Assembly (NCBI RefSeq): GCF_028641065.1
Contig: NW_026576619.1
Location: 372,001 to 436,000 of the forward strand
Direction of reading: 5' to 3'
Length of the DNA stretch: 64,000 nucleotides
Source of the DNA: Leucoraja erinacea
Lineage: Eukaryota
In this document: positions 35,135 to 48,246 of the stretch, piece after piece
Layout: each line of letters opens with the position of its first letter
Numbering within the stretch: the stretch's first letter is position 1
Notes under the pieces: generated by a model
Database searches by the model: none
What the model was told of the DNA's origin: nothing
What the model saw: the letters and a program-made list of their open reading frames with translations, nothing else
Made by a program: the position numbers and the translations under genes

Positions 35135-38100
35135 ATTGACAATGAGATCTGTATTCTCATTCACCTCCGAGTAAAACAAATCTCTTCTACCCTTTCATCC
35201 TTCTACCAGTTAGCTTAAATCATGCTCCATCTGTACCATGAGAAATAGGAATTCATCTTTTCAATTAGTTTATTTATATATTGCAATTTATATTTTAGCC
35301 TTCTCTTTTCCAAAGAAAACACTGAGAATCCAGAATAAAAGGAGAAGCTACTGTAAATGCTGAGGTCAGGCAGCATCTGTGGAAAGAGAAATAAAGTTAA
35401 TGTTTCAGTTTTGAGACACGAGGAAAGAAAGAAAATGTGTTCAGTTTTGGTTACAGAGGAGAATGAGGTATGGATAGGACAAAGGGAATTTCTTTGATAA
35501 GGCAAGACCAAGTGGGTTAATGTTGCCATTAGTGTCAGATTATGCTGCTTCTATGTTACGTATTGCCAGCACTAGAATGTGATACCAGCTCAGACTGTAC
35601 TTATGGAGTGGAAAAATTGAACCAAAATCACAGATGGTGTCTAGTAGAAAATAGCCAGTGCATGTGGCAAAATATTGCATCAGAAGGCTCTCAGTTATCA
35701 GTAAGATCTTCACCCAAAACTCAATTTCATGGCCATTTCTCCATGTTTTTTTAATGCAAATGTCTCTACTTCTAACTCAGAAGCATGAATTTAATCTCAA
35801 ATTCACCCAAGCAAGATCACAGCTCGGTTCAAATCCTGCTGTATTCCGTACCAAATTCTTCAATGTTTGGTGACTCGCTCTTACATTCTGTCTGCATCAG
35901 AACTGGTTATTTTTACTAGTCACCCATCTGTGATTTTGGCTTATTTTTCTCTCTCTCCATTAGTACATGCACAACAATCCTGAATTGTCAGCACATAACG
36001 TAGACAAATCAGCATAATTTATCTCCAACTACCACACCAACCCCTATGGTCTGCGACAGATTTCCTTTTCTGCTGTTATTGGCCTCCCATCTTCTCCGAG
36101 CCTGAAACAAACTTATTTTCTCTCTTTCCAATTTCTAATAGTCTTGGATTTGAAATAATAACTGTTCCTTTTTCCCCATAGATGCTGCATGTCCTGCTGG
36201 CTGTTTCCAGTATTTCCTTCAGATTTCCAGCATTTGTAATTTCTATTGATCTACTGAGCATATCTAAAATCTCCTCATTACTAACCTTATGCAGTCCAGT
36301 CCAGTCTTTAGATTTTAGATATGCTCAGTATATTATTCCTATGTCATCTTGTAATTTGACATGTGCAATACTCTACCCATGCTTTCATACATCTCCAAGA
36401 AGATGCCTTGATAAATCTGGTTCTCCACAGATTATTTAATGGTTTCTGACGGTGGCAGAGAATTGAATGGTGCTGGAAAAAGGCAATGATATAAATCTGC
36501 GGTACTACAGTACTTTCATAAGTTCCAATTTATCATAACTAGCATAGAAAATAAGCATACAAGAAAAGACAACATTTGCAAAACTGAAATGTATCTTGAA
36601 CTCGATTGCCATTTATACAATAGTATTTTAATACTTCTCCTACAGGTGATATAAATATGAACATCTACAGTTATGGTCCAAACACAAACCTCCAGTGACT
36701 GGAGGAAAATTGAACAATTGAAACACACAAGCCCAGTTCATGACAATCCATGTGCAAAGGTCCAGCTAGCATGCAATAATGTGCCTTGTATTGTTTGACA
36801 AGTTTAGTCAGCCGCTTATTCCAAAATGTAACCCCAGCTCCTAGGTTGTTTCCTCCACTCAGCTCTATCAACATGAAAACCATCCTATTTCTGTCTCTGC
36901 ATTGCAGAAAGATCTGTGCACCAGGCACAGTCCCCGTCTATTTCCCACAAACTTATTCAAGCCAATTCCAACAAGACACAACCTCAATTCCAAATTGTGC
37001 AAGAACATCGTGCTCAGAACATAAACACGAAAATGTTCCAAAAAACACTGAAGCATAATGGCAGACAAGTAGAATTGTCTTGTATATTACAATACATTGG
37101 CACGAACAAATAAGACTTGTGGGAGCACAGTGGTACATTCACACAGAAGGATTGACACTCCAAATTTAAGAATCCTTAATTCCATCAAAATATTGAGAAT
37201 CTATCACCAACGGTTTTACAATGACAGTTCTTTCTAACTCAGTGCAGTGTTGAAGTGAAAAATGCCTCAATAACAAAAAATGGTTATTTTAAAATCACAA
37301 TGTACTCTAAATCTATTAGCTGGTAGTAGTGAAATAATTACACAATCAATAACCCTTGAATTGTATGCATGTTCCCATAGCTGAATACTTAAAAGTATAG
37401 AAAGGTTACGGTAGAGAATCTTGTATTTTTTACATTCCCCTGATATCTTCTTTTTATCAATCTATCCTCTTAACCTCTTTTCCTGGATTTGGGGAGTTAT
37501 GAAATGGATTTCAAGGGGTTTCCACCTACAGATTATGAGAGAGACAACTCAAGAGATGAGATGCAAGAACTCAAGATCGGAGAAGTAAACTAAGTCAGCT
37601 TCACATCAGCCACAATAACACTGAATGGTGTATCAAATTAGAGAGACTGAATTGAAACCTTCTCTGATTGTACAGGGGTTAGAGATTATCTTTTCTCTTT
37701 CTCATCAACCTTGCTCTTACTTGGATGGGTTTTTATTTCAACTTCCTGTTCACTTTTTTTTCTGTTCAAGAGGTGAGAAAATGGAATTTTCGAAAAGATT
37801 AGTATTTTAAAACAGATTTTTGTTTAAAATAAAACAGATAAGTACAAATATTATAAAATTCTCGTAGACATTCCATACCACATGTATGTATTAATGAGAC
37901 TCTTTCCTGAGGTTTATCATAAAAATATGGACGTTTTCCCTGTGTCGGCTAGAGGATTGACATGGGGCTCAATTCCAGTTTCTGCCAACACTAATGGCAT
38001 GAATACATTTGCCCTGGATCAATATACAGAGGCAAGATATTTTTGACTTACTGGAAGTGGGGTATTTTCTGAGAGTAAGCAGATAGCTTGTGTTCAACCT

Positions 38101-39104
38101 CTGACTCAAGGACTATACTAGAAATTGTAGAATTACCATTCAGTCAACAAACTAGTCATCTCTTTCAATCTCAAAACTGAAATTGCTTGTTGCAGTTATA
38201 ATTATTAGTGGTTCAAACCCAAAAAGAGGTACTTACAATTTGCCATTTAATGAAAACTATGGGTGTCAGAATTAGTTTAATTTGTGATGCATTTAAGAAA
38301 TGTGAAACCCACATGTAGTAGATTCTATTTCTTCTCCAATATGTTACAAAAAAAAGTAGCTTAACCAGTCTTCTGGCTTCATTTAGAATTAGAGCGGTTT
38401 TCTTTACTCTCCACTTAATAAGCAATCAACAAAATAGATAAAAGAACACGTGCATTCAATTAATTTGGGATCATACGAGAAAGAACCATCTCAAATATCT
38501 TACCAGAAGGCACACTCTGTGTGTTTATGCTGATATTGTTTGTATATTTGACCTTGGCTGTTGTTAATTGAAAATAGCAGGAGGTAATTGATATTGGCAT
38601 AACTATTGGCCATATCTGCTTCTTACACCCAATTCACCATTCTTCATGCCCATTCTCACACACCAATTCTCAGGATCTGTGCAAGTTTTTAATCCTCCCT
38701 TCACCCACTTTCCACAAATAAGCATTTTTCTGCAGGTAATTGCTGGTTGGTGGTGCAGAGTAAGAACCCAAGTCAATGTATTTCTTCCACAACCCCGAGG
38801 TGCCTTGTCTTACTATAACACCTTTGCAGAACACAGCTAGCACAGCAGGTATTAGAAATTGAACCCACCACCTTTGGTCTCCAGGCTTTATAAAATTATG
38901 ATGGTTATTCCAATGGTTATAGACCACTGTTAAGAGTGTGCTGGGAGGAAATTTACTTGAAAGAGTCCATATTCCCCAACACTATTCTTGATTTTTTTTT
39001 TTACATTGTTTGCTTACATGTGCTTATTATTCAAAAAGTATCTTTTCCACATTTGATATAAAGCAATCCAGTAGATTTCCACCAAAGACGAAAAATCAGA
39101 TTCT

Positions 39105-39141
39105 CTAGGTTTCTGAATTTCCATTTAACTCTTCATCCAGC
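39105..39141 (-). CDS. BNIPL: BNIPL last coding exon (LDEELNGNSET*)
   Basis: cttaacag| acceptor, correct phase, TAG at 39105-39107; short LD..L.G tail like BNIPL. Confidence 0.85.
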
Positions 39142-40577
39142 CTGTTAAGAAAGGAAAAGTTATAAATAAGAAGAAAAATTCAAGGTCATTGGGCTTTCTG
39201 TAGCATGACTATCAATGGCTCTAGTTCACTGCCATTAAATTGATCAATATCCACTATATCCAGCATACCCCATGGCAAAGAGAGAGTTTGATTTAGCTCT
39301 TAGGGCGAAAGGAATTAAGGGATATGGGGGGAAAAGCAGGAATGGGGTACGGATTTTAGATGATCAGCCATGTTCATATTGAATGGCCGGTGCTGGCTCG
39401 AAGTGCCAAATGGCCTACTCATGCACCTATGTTTCTATGCAATATTTAACAGACTTATTTCATCATGCTTAACCATTACATCATGCTTAACCATTACATA
39501 TTATTAATCCATTTTAGTCCAAAGATGGCACCCTCCATACCGGCGTTTCTAATGTGATTTATTTTTCCTCATCTGAATGTCCTCAACTGATGCCCCTGAT
39601 CCTCACTGTCCTGTTGTAATTCCTGCATGTCTGATCTTATTACTTCTGTTTCCCTCTCATAGCGATTTCCTTATCTTCAGCTTCCTTTTCGCTAGCTTTC
39701 CTATCCATTGGTTGAGCTTCTATCATTTCCAAAGGGAGTGTAATCTTGCCATCAAACCCTTTTCAGTATATCAAGGTGCTAATTCCTCCAACAACACCTT
39801 CAACAATTTTTCCCATCCCTCGCCATCTGCATGTGAAAACATAGAAGGCACACCCGTTTTTTTACCTCTTTTCCCAACATTAATCTTGTTAATATTCCAA
39901 GACATGCCATCCCAAGAGTGATCATAACCAACCAAAAAAAAGTGCCAGAAGATTGTAGGACTATTAACATGATATTATTGTTTAAAGAAAAGGAAAAAAT
40001 GAATGAAGTGATTACAAGAGAGAATAAAAATGGTATTAAAATAGTGTTTAAAAATACCCAGCTTGGTCACAGTGAAGGGTCACGACCTGAAGCATAACCG
40101 TGTTTTTCTCACTGAAGAATCTGCCTGACCTGCTGAGTATTTCCTGTATTTCTGTTTTTACCCCAGACTTTTCACAGCTGCAGTTCTTTTTTGATTTTCA
40201 TTTTATTGACTCCACTAAAACCCAAAATAGGTGGGATATCATAGAATGGGTGCAGCACAGCAGAGTCCATTCAGCCTTGAAAACTACACATCCATTTTCA
40301 GTAGCAACATGGCTTTCCATCCTGTATGTGATCCTTTAAATTTGGACATTCCCATTTCAATCAGTCTCACATTTTATTTCCTCCCACAACCTGGCATGTA
40401 CACAACAGACTGAATGTTTAAAACATTCTGTTTTCTATTTTTCAGTGAAAGTTGAACAGCAGCAACATTAATATTATTATTCTTTGCTCAATAACAATTC
40501 CAAATGGTTTCAGTATAATATTCAACTATGAACATCATTCTAAAATGAAATAGAATTATAATGTCAGTTGTACTTAC

Positions 40578-40676
40578 TCTTTTATGCATTCTGGGATATG
40601 TACATGTTGCATGGGAATTAACTTTGAAAGTTCTTGGAGGCTACTGACAAACCGAACTTTTCTACTAAACTTTGTA
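40578..40676 (-). CDS. BNIPL: BNIPL BCH exon (TKFSRKVRFVSSLQELSKLIPMQHVHIPECIKE)
   Basis: 99 nt, phase 2-2, gaacag|...|gtaagt. Confidence 0.93.
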
Positions 40677-42308
40677 CTGTTCAAGAAAGAGAAGTAACAG
40701 TGTGTTAGCACATAATAAGATCATGAGGCTCCCCATGTCCTCAACTATTCAATAAGATACAAGTTGATAGAAGTATATAAAATTAGAAGGTGCATACATA
40801 GGGTATATAGTCAGAACCCTTTTCTCTGGGTGGAAGTGTCCAACACCAGAGTGCATAGCTTTTAGGTAAGAGGGGGAAAGTTTAATGGAGATGTGCGGGG
40901 CACCTTTTTTTTTTTTTTTACAAATAGTGTGGTGGGGGCCTGGAATGTATTGCCAGTGGTGGTGGTGGCAGATATGAATAGTGCCATTTAAGAAGCTTTT
41001 AGATCGGCACATGAAGTTAGGTTGGCAGTTTGAGGATTTAGACCCAGACAGAATGAATGACCAGTGGATATATTTCCGTGGGTTGGAGGGGGACCCGAGG
41101 TCATTTTGCCTGGGACCTGGGAGTTTCTGTGACTTGGAGGGGGACCTGAAGGTTCTTTTGCACTTGCACTTATCCTTCTTGGTAAAATAGTTGTGGGAGA
41201 TGCTGTTGGAATGGCTAGGCAAGTAACTTGCACTTGGGATGGGATACCCGACATGTCATTTTTGCCTGAATGACTGGGAGTTTATGGAGCTTGGACTGGG
41301 ACCTGAGATGGTTCTTTTGCACTTGCACTTATCCTTCTTGGTAATGGAACCCATTATATTAGCTTTGAATTGTGAGTGAGAAAGGAACCCTGGTTACAGT
41401 AACTTTGGTAATGGTACAGGTGTTGGTGTGTAGAATGATGTTATTGCCTGGTTAATGTTGTTTAGTATGCTGTTCATTGTAAACTGATTTGTTGAGATGG
41501 TGTGCCATGTTGGATGGAGTGTTTGCCTTTTGCACCACTTTGGTTAGATGAGAGTGAAGAAGTGTAGTCCAGTGAATGAACTTGTGGACTCATGTAGGTT
41601 AGAGCACCAGTGGATTATAGACCTGACACTTGATGACCAGTGGACTATATTGTGAAAGGGGGACCAGAGGTGCACTTTGCAGATGGTAACCATGTGAGTT
41701 ATGGCCGAAGGTGCTTGAATGAATTGTAGTTATAGGTAAGTTGTGGAGTGTTGACCAAGTAAGGAAGCTGCTCTCTTTCCAATGCATAGTAGAATGTTAA
41801 TTAATGAAACACTCAGTGCACTTTTACAGATGTAAACACTGATGTTACGGCCGACATGCCAATAGTGAATGAATGTATGTTTAGGTTGGTTATGGAGTGT
41901 TCATCAAGTAAACTGCTTTGTCCGAGATGGTGTCCAGCTTCTGGAGTGTTGCTGCACCACTCATCCAGACAAAATGCAGAGTATCCATTATATTATTGAA
42001 TTGTAATTTGTAGATGGTAGAAAGACCTTGGGGTGTGAGGAAGTGAGTTACTTGCCACAGGATATCTGACTTCTGGCATGTTCATGTAACCATGGTAGTT
42101 ATGTAGCTGCTTCAATTGTATTTCTAGTCAATGGTGATCCCCAGAATGTTAATGATGGGGAACTCAATTATGATAATGCCTTTGAATGTCACTTTCAGAG
42201 GTTAGATGCTCTCTGGTTGAATATAGACATTTTTTGCTATGCAAATTAAACAATCCCATTGTTGACACCCTTGCAAAAAGAAAAAAAAAAGTAGAAGTAA
42301 GGTCTTAC

Positions 42309-42395
42309 CTTATAAATGGCCGGGTAATGGCTAATATCACCTTAATGAACCAGGATGGATGGACAACAATGAGAGATTTCAGGTTCTTACGTAAC
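42309..42395 (-). CDS. BNIPL: BNIPL BCH exon ([29 protein letters not shown])
   Basis: 87 nt, phase 2-2; LRKNLK and VHPSWF motifs. Confidence 0.95.
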
Positions 42396-43168
42396 CTTTT
42401 GGGGAAAATAAATAATTAGGGAATTATCAACCAATTCATAGTCAATAAAAATATCCGACCATTCATAACATTTAATCTTCCTTCGTTGAGATCTCATTCA
42501 ATCTTTTAAATATCAACCATTTTCTGATTAATGGTTAACCCCAATTCCACAGGTGCTACCTCACAGTGCTAGAGACCCGGGTTCGATCCTGACCTTGGGT
42601 GCTGTCTGTATGGGGTTTGCACATTTTGCCAGTGACCATTTGAGTTTCCTCCCACATCTCAAATTTGTGTAGATTTCTAGATTAATTGATCTCTGTAAAT
42701 TGTTCTTATGGTATAGAGACTGGATGCAAAAATGGAATTACATAGAAGTAGCGTAATTAGTCATCAAAAGTTAGCGTGGACTCGGGACATGGGCCTTGTT
42801 TTCATGCTGTATCTTTCAATTAATTAATTATAAACTTACAAATAAAATCAGAACAGCATACTACATTTGTACTGGTACAGGTAATAACAGGTACTGACAT
42901 TTTTCCACTTTTGGGTCACTGATTAATGATTATAGCCGAGTCTACCAAAGCCTTTAACCGGGTTCTCTACTATAAATTTATCTTTTGTTTTTTAATTCAG
43001 TCACAGGATGCAGTGTCATTGCAAAGTCAGCAATTACTTATCCTCTGTCTCCAAGTACATGGTGACGTTCCTGCTTCTCAAACCATGGAAATGTTTGCCC
43101 TGTACGCCCTTTTAGTTTTTTTTACTGCTCATATTATTCTTAAGCTAATGTTGTTCTAAAAAGCTTAC

Positions 43169-43300
43169 CTCCTGTCAATAGTCTGGTAACACTGCTTCAG
43201 CCAGCTGATTGATGGCACCCGGTTACGTGTCGTGGCACCATTTAGATACACAATAATATAATTTTCAGCCACCAGCAATTCCAGAGTTCCGATAACATAC
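43169..43300 (-). CDS. BNIPL: BNIPL BCH exon ([44 protein letters not shown])
   Basis: 132 nt, phase 2-2; highly conserved BCH sequence. Confidence 0.95.
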
Positions 43301-44220
43301 CTGTGGAGATACAACACTGGCATTACCTCCACAATGAATCTTTGTATTGAACAAGTCAGGGATGCCAAGGAACTAGAGATTTATTGTTTCCGATTTGCAA
43401 CATGAACGTTTGATGTTTATACATTTATTGATTTAAAGGAAAAGTGGTCTCTCTACTTGCCTCAGTAGTTTCTTCTGCACCAGGAAGAGAGGGTAAGAAA
43501 GGAAGGGAGATTTAAGCGAGTTGAAAAGACTTGAATGTAGAGGGAAACTGGTCCTGATGGTCCAGAAGAAGACAGAGGTCAGCCAAAATCTTACTGAAAG
43601 GCTTAAATGACACAAGGAGTTCAACAAGGCAGCAAAGTCTGGGGAATTTCTGTTGGTAATATAAATAATTTACATCTAGCCATAGAGGATCCAACTCGTA
43701 ATGTTAATATGCTCCTACTTGTCCTTCCACTGATTTACAGGAAAGCCCATTGCTGGCCAAACACAGCCACGCTGTAATCTTTGCTTTTTTTTCGCTCACA
43801 AGGAGCAATGGGGATTGTCTAAACCTTGCAGGAATATGGATAGAGAACGCAGAGCTCCAAAAGTGCCAGAGTAATGAGTTTCCAAAATAATGTAATGTAC
43901 ATAAATGCTTGGAGGATATTAAAAATCTTCCACAAATGTTAACTGTTGCATCCCAATAGCAAGTTTTAAATTTGAGATTACAGATTTATGTTAACCAAAA
44001 TGAACTAATGAATACAGGCAAAATAAGGCAGGTGTATGAGGTTAAGTCAAAGGTCAGCCATGATCTTACTATTAAAGCAGAGTTATCATTATCTATACAA
44101 GTGAGCACAAATTTTCCGTGTGCAAAACCATGCAATTGTGAACCAAACTACAGAAAAAGAATTAAAACTGAAGAAAAAAAATATATTTTAAAGATCCTGA
44201 TAATAGATTCTGGCCCTTAC

Positions 44221-44323
44221 CTAAAGAGATTTTCCATTACATTCTCATAGTCAGGACGACTGCTTTCAGGCAAATAGCAGGAAGAAAACAAAATGATTGC
44301 CGTTAGGTTCTCTCCAAAGCAAC
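44221..44323 (-). CDS. BNIPL: BNIPL BCH exon ([34 protein letters not shown])
   Basis: 103 nt, phase 1-2, ctttcag|...|gtaagg. Confidence 0.93.
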
Positions 44324-45546
44324 CTGAAAGAAAGAAAGGCTTTATCTATTTGCATACATCCCTCTCTTCTCCCTTTCCATCACTGGTGATGTAACTGGCA
44401 TCAGCTGAAGTACAGTGGGCAGTTCCAAGCAACACATTTTATAAAAGGTTAAAGAATGGAGAGGGTGGCAAGCTGACGATCAGAGGTTAGAGGAAACTAG
44501 AATCAAGGAAGGTGGGAAACCCAAGTTGAGATGGTGGAGTGGAAAATTACTGGGGATGGTGGGTTGGGGTGTGAAAGGAATGGGGACAGAATTCACAACT
44601 AACATGTGTGGATCATATGACTGCAACAACCTTGCCTCAATCTAACATTACCGTTCAGAGCTCCTAGAGCAGCAGTGAACGCTGTAATTTTACAATTTAT
44701 AAACATTATCTTTATATTCTTCAAAGCAATCATATGAAGTTGTATTTTCAGTAAAACTATGCACAACTGTTTTCCATTTAAACAGTTTCTGCTTTTGCAT
44801 GTTGCTGTGGCTCTGGATTTTATCCGTGTAAAGAGGTTGGAAATGTTAAGGCTCCTGAGGGTTGCAAAATGGTTTCAGGATGCTAAGAGATTTTGATGAA
44901 TTTTGCCACGGGTCAGAAACCATTTACTGTAGATTTAAAATGATTGGAAAAAGATCTGATGTGTTAGTCACAAAATTTTGCTAGAAAATATAAACATGCA
45001 GAATATGGAGGAGAAAAAAAAATGTGTAGGAAGGAACTGGTTTAAACCGAAAACATAAAATGCCTTCTACTGTTAGACTTTCAATAATTTAGGGGCTAGT
45101 GGAATTAAGGGATATGGGGAGAAGGCAGGCATGGGTTATTGATTTGGGACGATCCGCCATGATCACAATGAATGGCGGTGCTAGCTCGAAGGGCCGAATG
45201 GCCTCCTCCTGCACCCATTTTCTATGTTTCCAAACAGTGACCACCTAAAATGTTCAGACCCTCATGACTATACAGATAATAACCAGAGAATAAATAGGAT
45301 AGGGAAAATATTTAAAATAGCAAGAGCAGCTTGTTTATCCTCAGACCCTGGTTTCACCTTTCACTGATCTATTGCCTCAACCCCACCACTTTGCCCAATC
45401 ACATATCACTATCTTGTGAAAACATAGAATTAGATTAAAAATGTGATTTCTGCTCACTTCCGTAACGCAGCCTTCAGCCAAAGTTTAAAATGGTTTTCAA
45501 ATGATAAATAGATAAAATTAACCCATGTTAAAACCAGGAGATTCAC

Positions 45547-45720
45547 CTCCATGAGAAATTACTGCCTTGTATGGATCCACAACGGCCATGTCCACTCGAT
45601 ATTCCTGCTCCCCAATATGGAAGACCCTCCACAACTTGCCATCTTCCGTCTCTTCATCTGTCACGTGGCCCTGGAAACTATCTGTGTCAGATAATGAGCG
45701 AAACACCCGTGGCAGATCAT
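45547..45720 (-). CDS. BNIPL: BNIPL exon (DDLPR...WRVFHIGEQEYRVDMAVVDPYKAVISHGG)
   Basis: 174 nt, phase 1-1; start of the BCH/CRAL-TRIO region. Confidence 0.93.
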
Positions 45721-47507
45721 CTGGTCGGAGAGGAAACGATAACAACAACATTGAGTTAAAAAGATTTAGAAGATTTGTAGGGCTTGTCATTGTTTGACAA
45801 TGTGTGATCAAGTCTTTCTCGGCCCAAAATGTTACAAATACAACCACAATTTCTAACAACTTGAGCAAGTTTAAAGTACTTTTTTCCTTCTTTTGTATTA
45901 CCATTGCGATGCTGGCACAGCTAGAAATGTTTTTCTGATCCTTGGAGTTATTTCTGCCCTAGGTTCCACTGCTCTCTTTGACATGGCATTTTGACTATCC
46001 GTTTTGACTCACAGAAAAATCCTTCCAGTTTAATTATAAGCATCGATAATGTAGATGAAAATACTTATTAAAAGTGGTGAAAATACAGCCATTGTCAGTT
46101 CAAAATTAGAACTGTCACTCAGTAGTGGCATGTAAGAAATTTTGGATAGACAAATGGATATGCAGGGAGTGGAAGGATGTGGTTTATGTGCTGGCAGATA
46201 AGATCTGATGTTGGCATAATATTCAGCATAGACATTGTGGAACATAGGGCCTGTTCTATGTTCTTTTGGTTGAGATTTTCAGCATACACGTTTTGCGTTT
46301 TTTATTACTACTATACCAAGTGTATTCGAAGGAAAAAAGTTTTTTTTAAACTTACATAGTTACTTTAAAGTCAGAAAATAACTACTCTTAAAATAAGAAT
46401 CAAAATAAATTTCAGGTTTTACTAACATCACTTGGATAGCTAGAAATAATCAGTCATCACACACAGCATTTATTAATCAGTGAGGTGTGCATGAATATTA
46501 TTGATTGATCAGTGCAAGTTCATACACGCAAAAATGCATTTGATTGGTAGTGCATGCAAGAAATCAGTGTTTCACATTTAAAATAATTTAAATCACACTT
46601 AAAATAATTTAAATCACATTTAAAATAATAAATCAGTTCATAATCAACACATCTGAATCTGTATTAAACTGGCACAGTATCTTTATCCATTCTCAAAATA
46701 TATCAGAATGGGAAGTTTATACATGCATCTCACCAGTTTTTAATCCCCAAACACCACTCCTTTATTATCTCCATTGCACGCCCTACTTTGCTTTAATATC
46801 AAACTTCAGTTGGATGATGCTAGCTGATAATCACTTGCACTGTAGCTTGCGTACAACTGAGAAAGAAAGTACTGACATCTATTTAACACCTTCCACATTC
46901 TCGAGATGTCCCAAAATGCTTTATGGGCAATTAACTATTAAGAGAAGTATAGAAAACAACAATATTGACAAACTTCCACAAACTGCAAATGAAACAACTC
47001 ATTTTTGTGATGTCCATTTTGGGGATTTATGTTGGCTGAGCTTTAACAAAAATTATGAGATCCGTTTCCATGGATCATATCTTGATGGAGATTGATTCAC
47101 GTCTACAACATACTATGAAGCAAAAAATCTTCAATATTCCTTGCTTATTCATCATTATTACAAAACTGCAATTATTATCCCCAGTCTCACAGGTAAATGC
47201 ATGACCTAGCCCAATACTGGATTATATTGATTAGGAAGAACGTGAGGAATAAATCATATGGTCCCTTGAGCCTGCGCCACCATTCTTCATTATGGCTATC
47301 TTCTTCCTCAGTTCCACATTGTGCCTGGTTCCCAAATCCTTTGGTGCTCAGTAATTTGTCATTTGCGGTCTTTAATATACTCTGTGACTCTGCATACAGA
47401 GTTCTCTCGGCTAAAGAACTCCAAATGTGACCCTCATCACCTTAGGTTTTATTTAGAGAACATTATTAGGAATGGCATAAATAAAATAGACAGTCTGAAC
47501 TTATTAT

Positions 47508-47712
47508 GCAGGAAGGAACTGTAGATGCTGATTTAAACTGAAGATAGACACAAAAAGCTGCATCAGGGCAGGGCAGCATCTCTGGAGAGTAGGAATGGGT
47601 GACGTTTCCGGTCTGAAGAAGGGTCTCAACCCGAAACGCCACCTATTCCTTCTCTCCAGAGATGCTGCCTGTCCCATTGATTTACTCCAGCTTTTTGTGT
47701 CTATCTTCAGTC
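47508..47712. mobile_element. Palindromic Penelope pLTR-derived element
   Basis: Inverted arms; plus-strand core CTGAAGAAGGGTCTCAACCCGAAACGCC at 47613-47640. Confidence 0.8.
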
Positions 47713-48024
47713 TGAATTTATTCCCCAGCTTGGAAATGTTAACGATTAGAGGGCATAGCTTTAAGGTGAGAGGGTAAAAATATAAGTGCAGGGAAAGTTT
47801 TTTTTTTACACAAAGAAATGTGCACCCTTATTCAACAACCAGAGCTTACCTGTTAAGGACTGTTCCAGGACATGAACTAAAAATTTATCTTTGGCCACTA
47901 TGCCTACTACATCACTAAATAAGCTTAACAAACATCAGTGTGGGGAAGAGATAATGGTGAAAGCAGAAAACCATACAGAGATCATGATTACAAGAATTGA
48001 TTAGGCATTGATTGGTTCATTTAC

Positions 48025-48246
48025 CTTCCCATTCAAAATCATTACCATTCTCCGGCAACTCAAAGGATTCACTGTCTGAAGGAGTTTCTAAGTCATCTAC
48101 ATTTATATCGCAGGAATCCCCCTCCAATTCATCTGGTGTCCTCTCTTCAGAGCGTGTCACCTCCTCGTTACCTTCCAAGTTCAAACTGATTGCTGGTGCA
48201 AGGAGTCGTTTCTTGTTCCCATAGAGCTGTAGAGATTTTGGTGCCA
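48025..48246 (-). CDS. BNIPL: BNIPL exon (APKSLQLYGNKKRLLAPAISL...DDLETPSDSESFELPENGNDFEWE)
   Basis: 222 nt, phase 1-1, canonical splice sites. KRLxAP and LETPSDSE/FEWED motifs. Confidence 0.92.
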
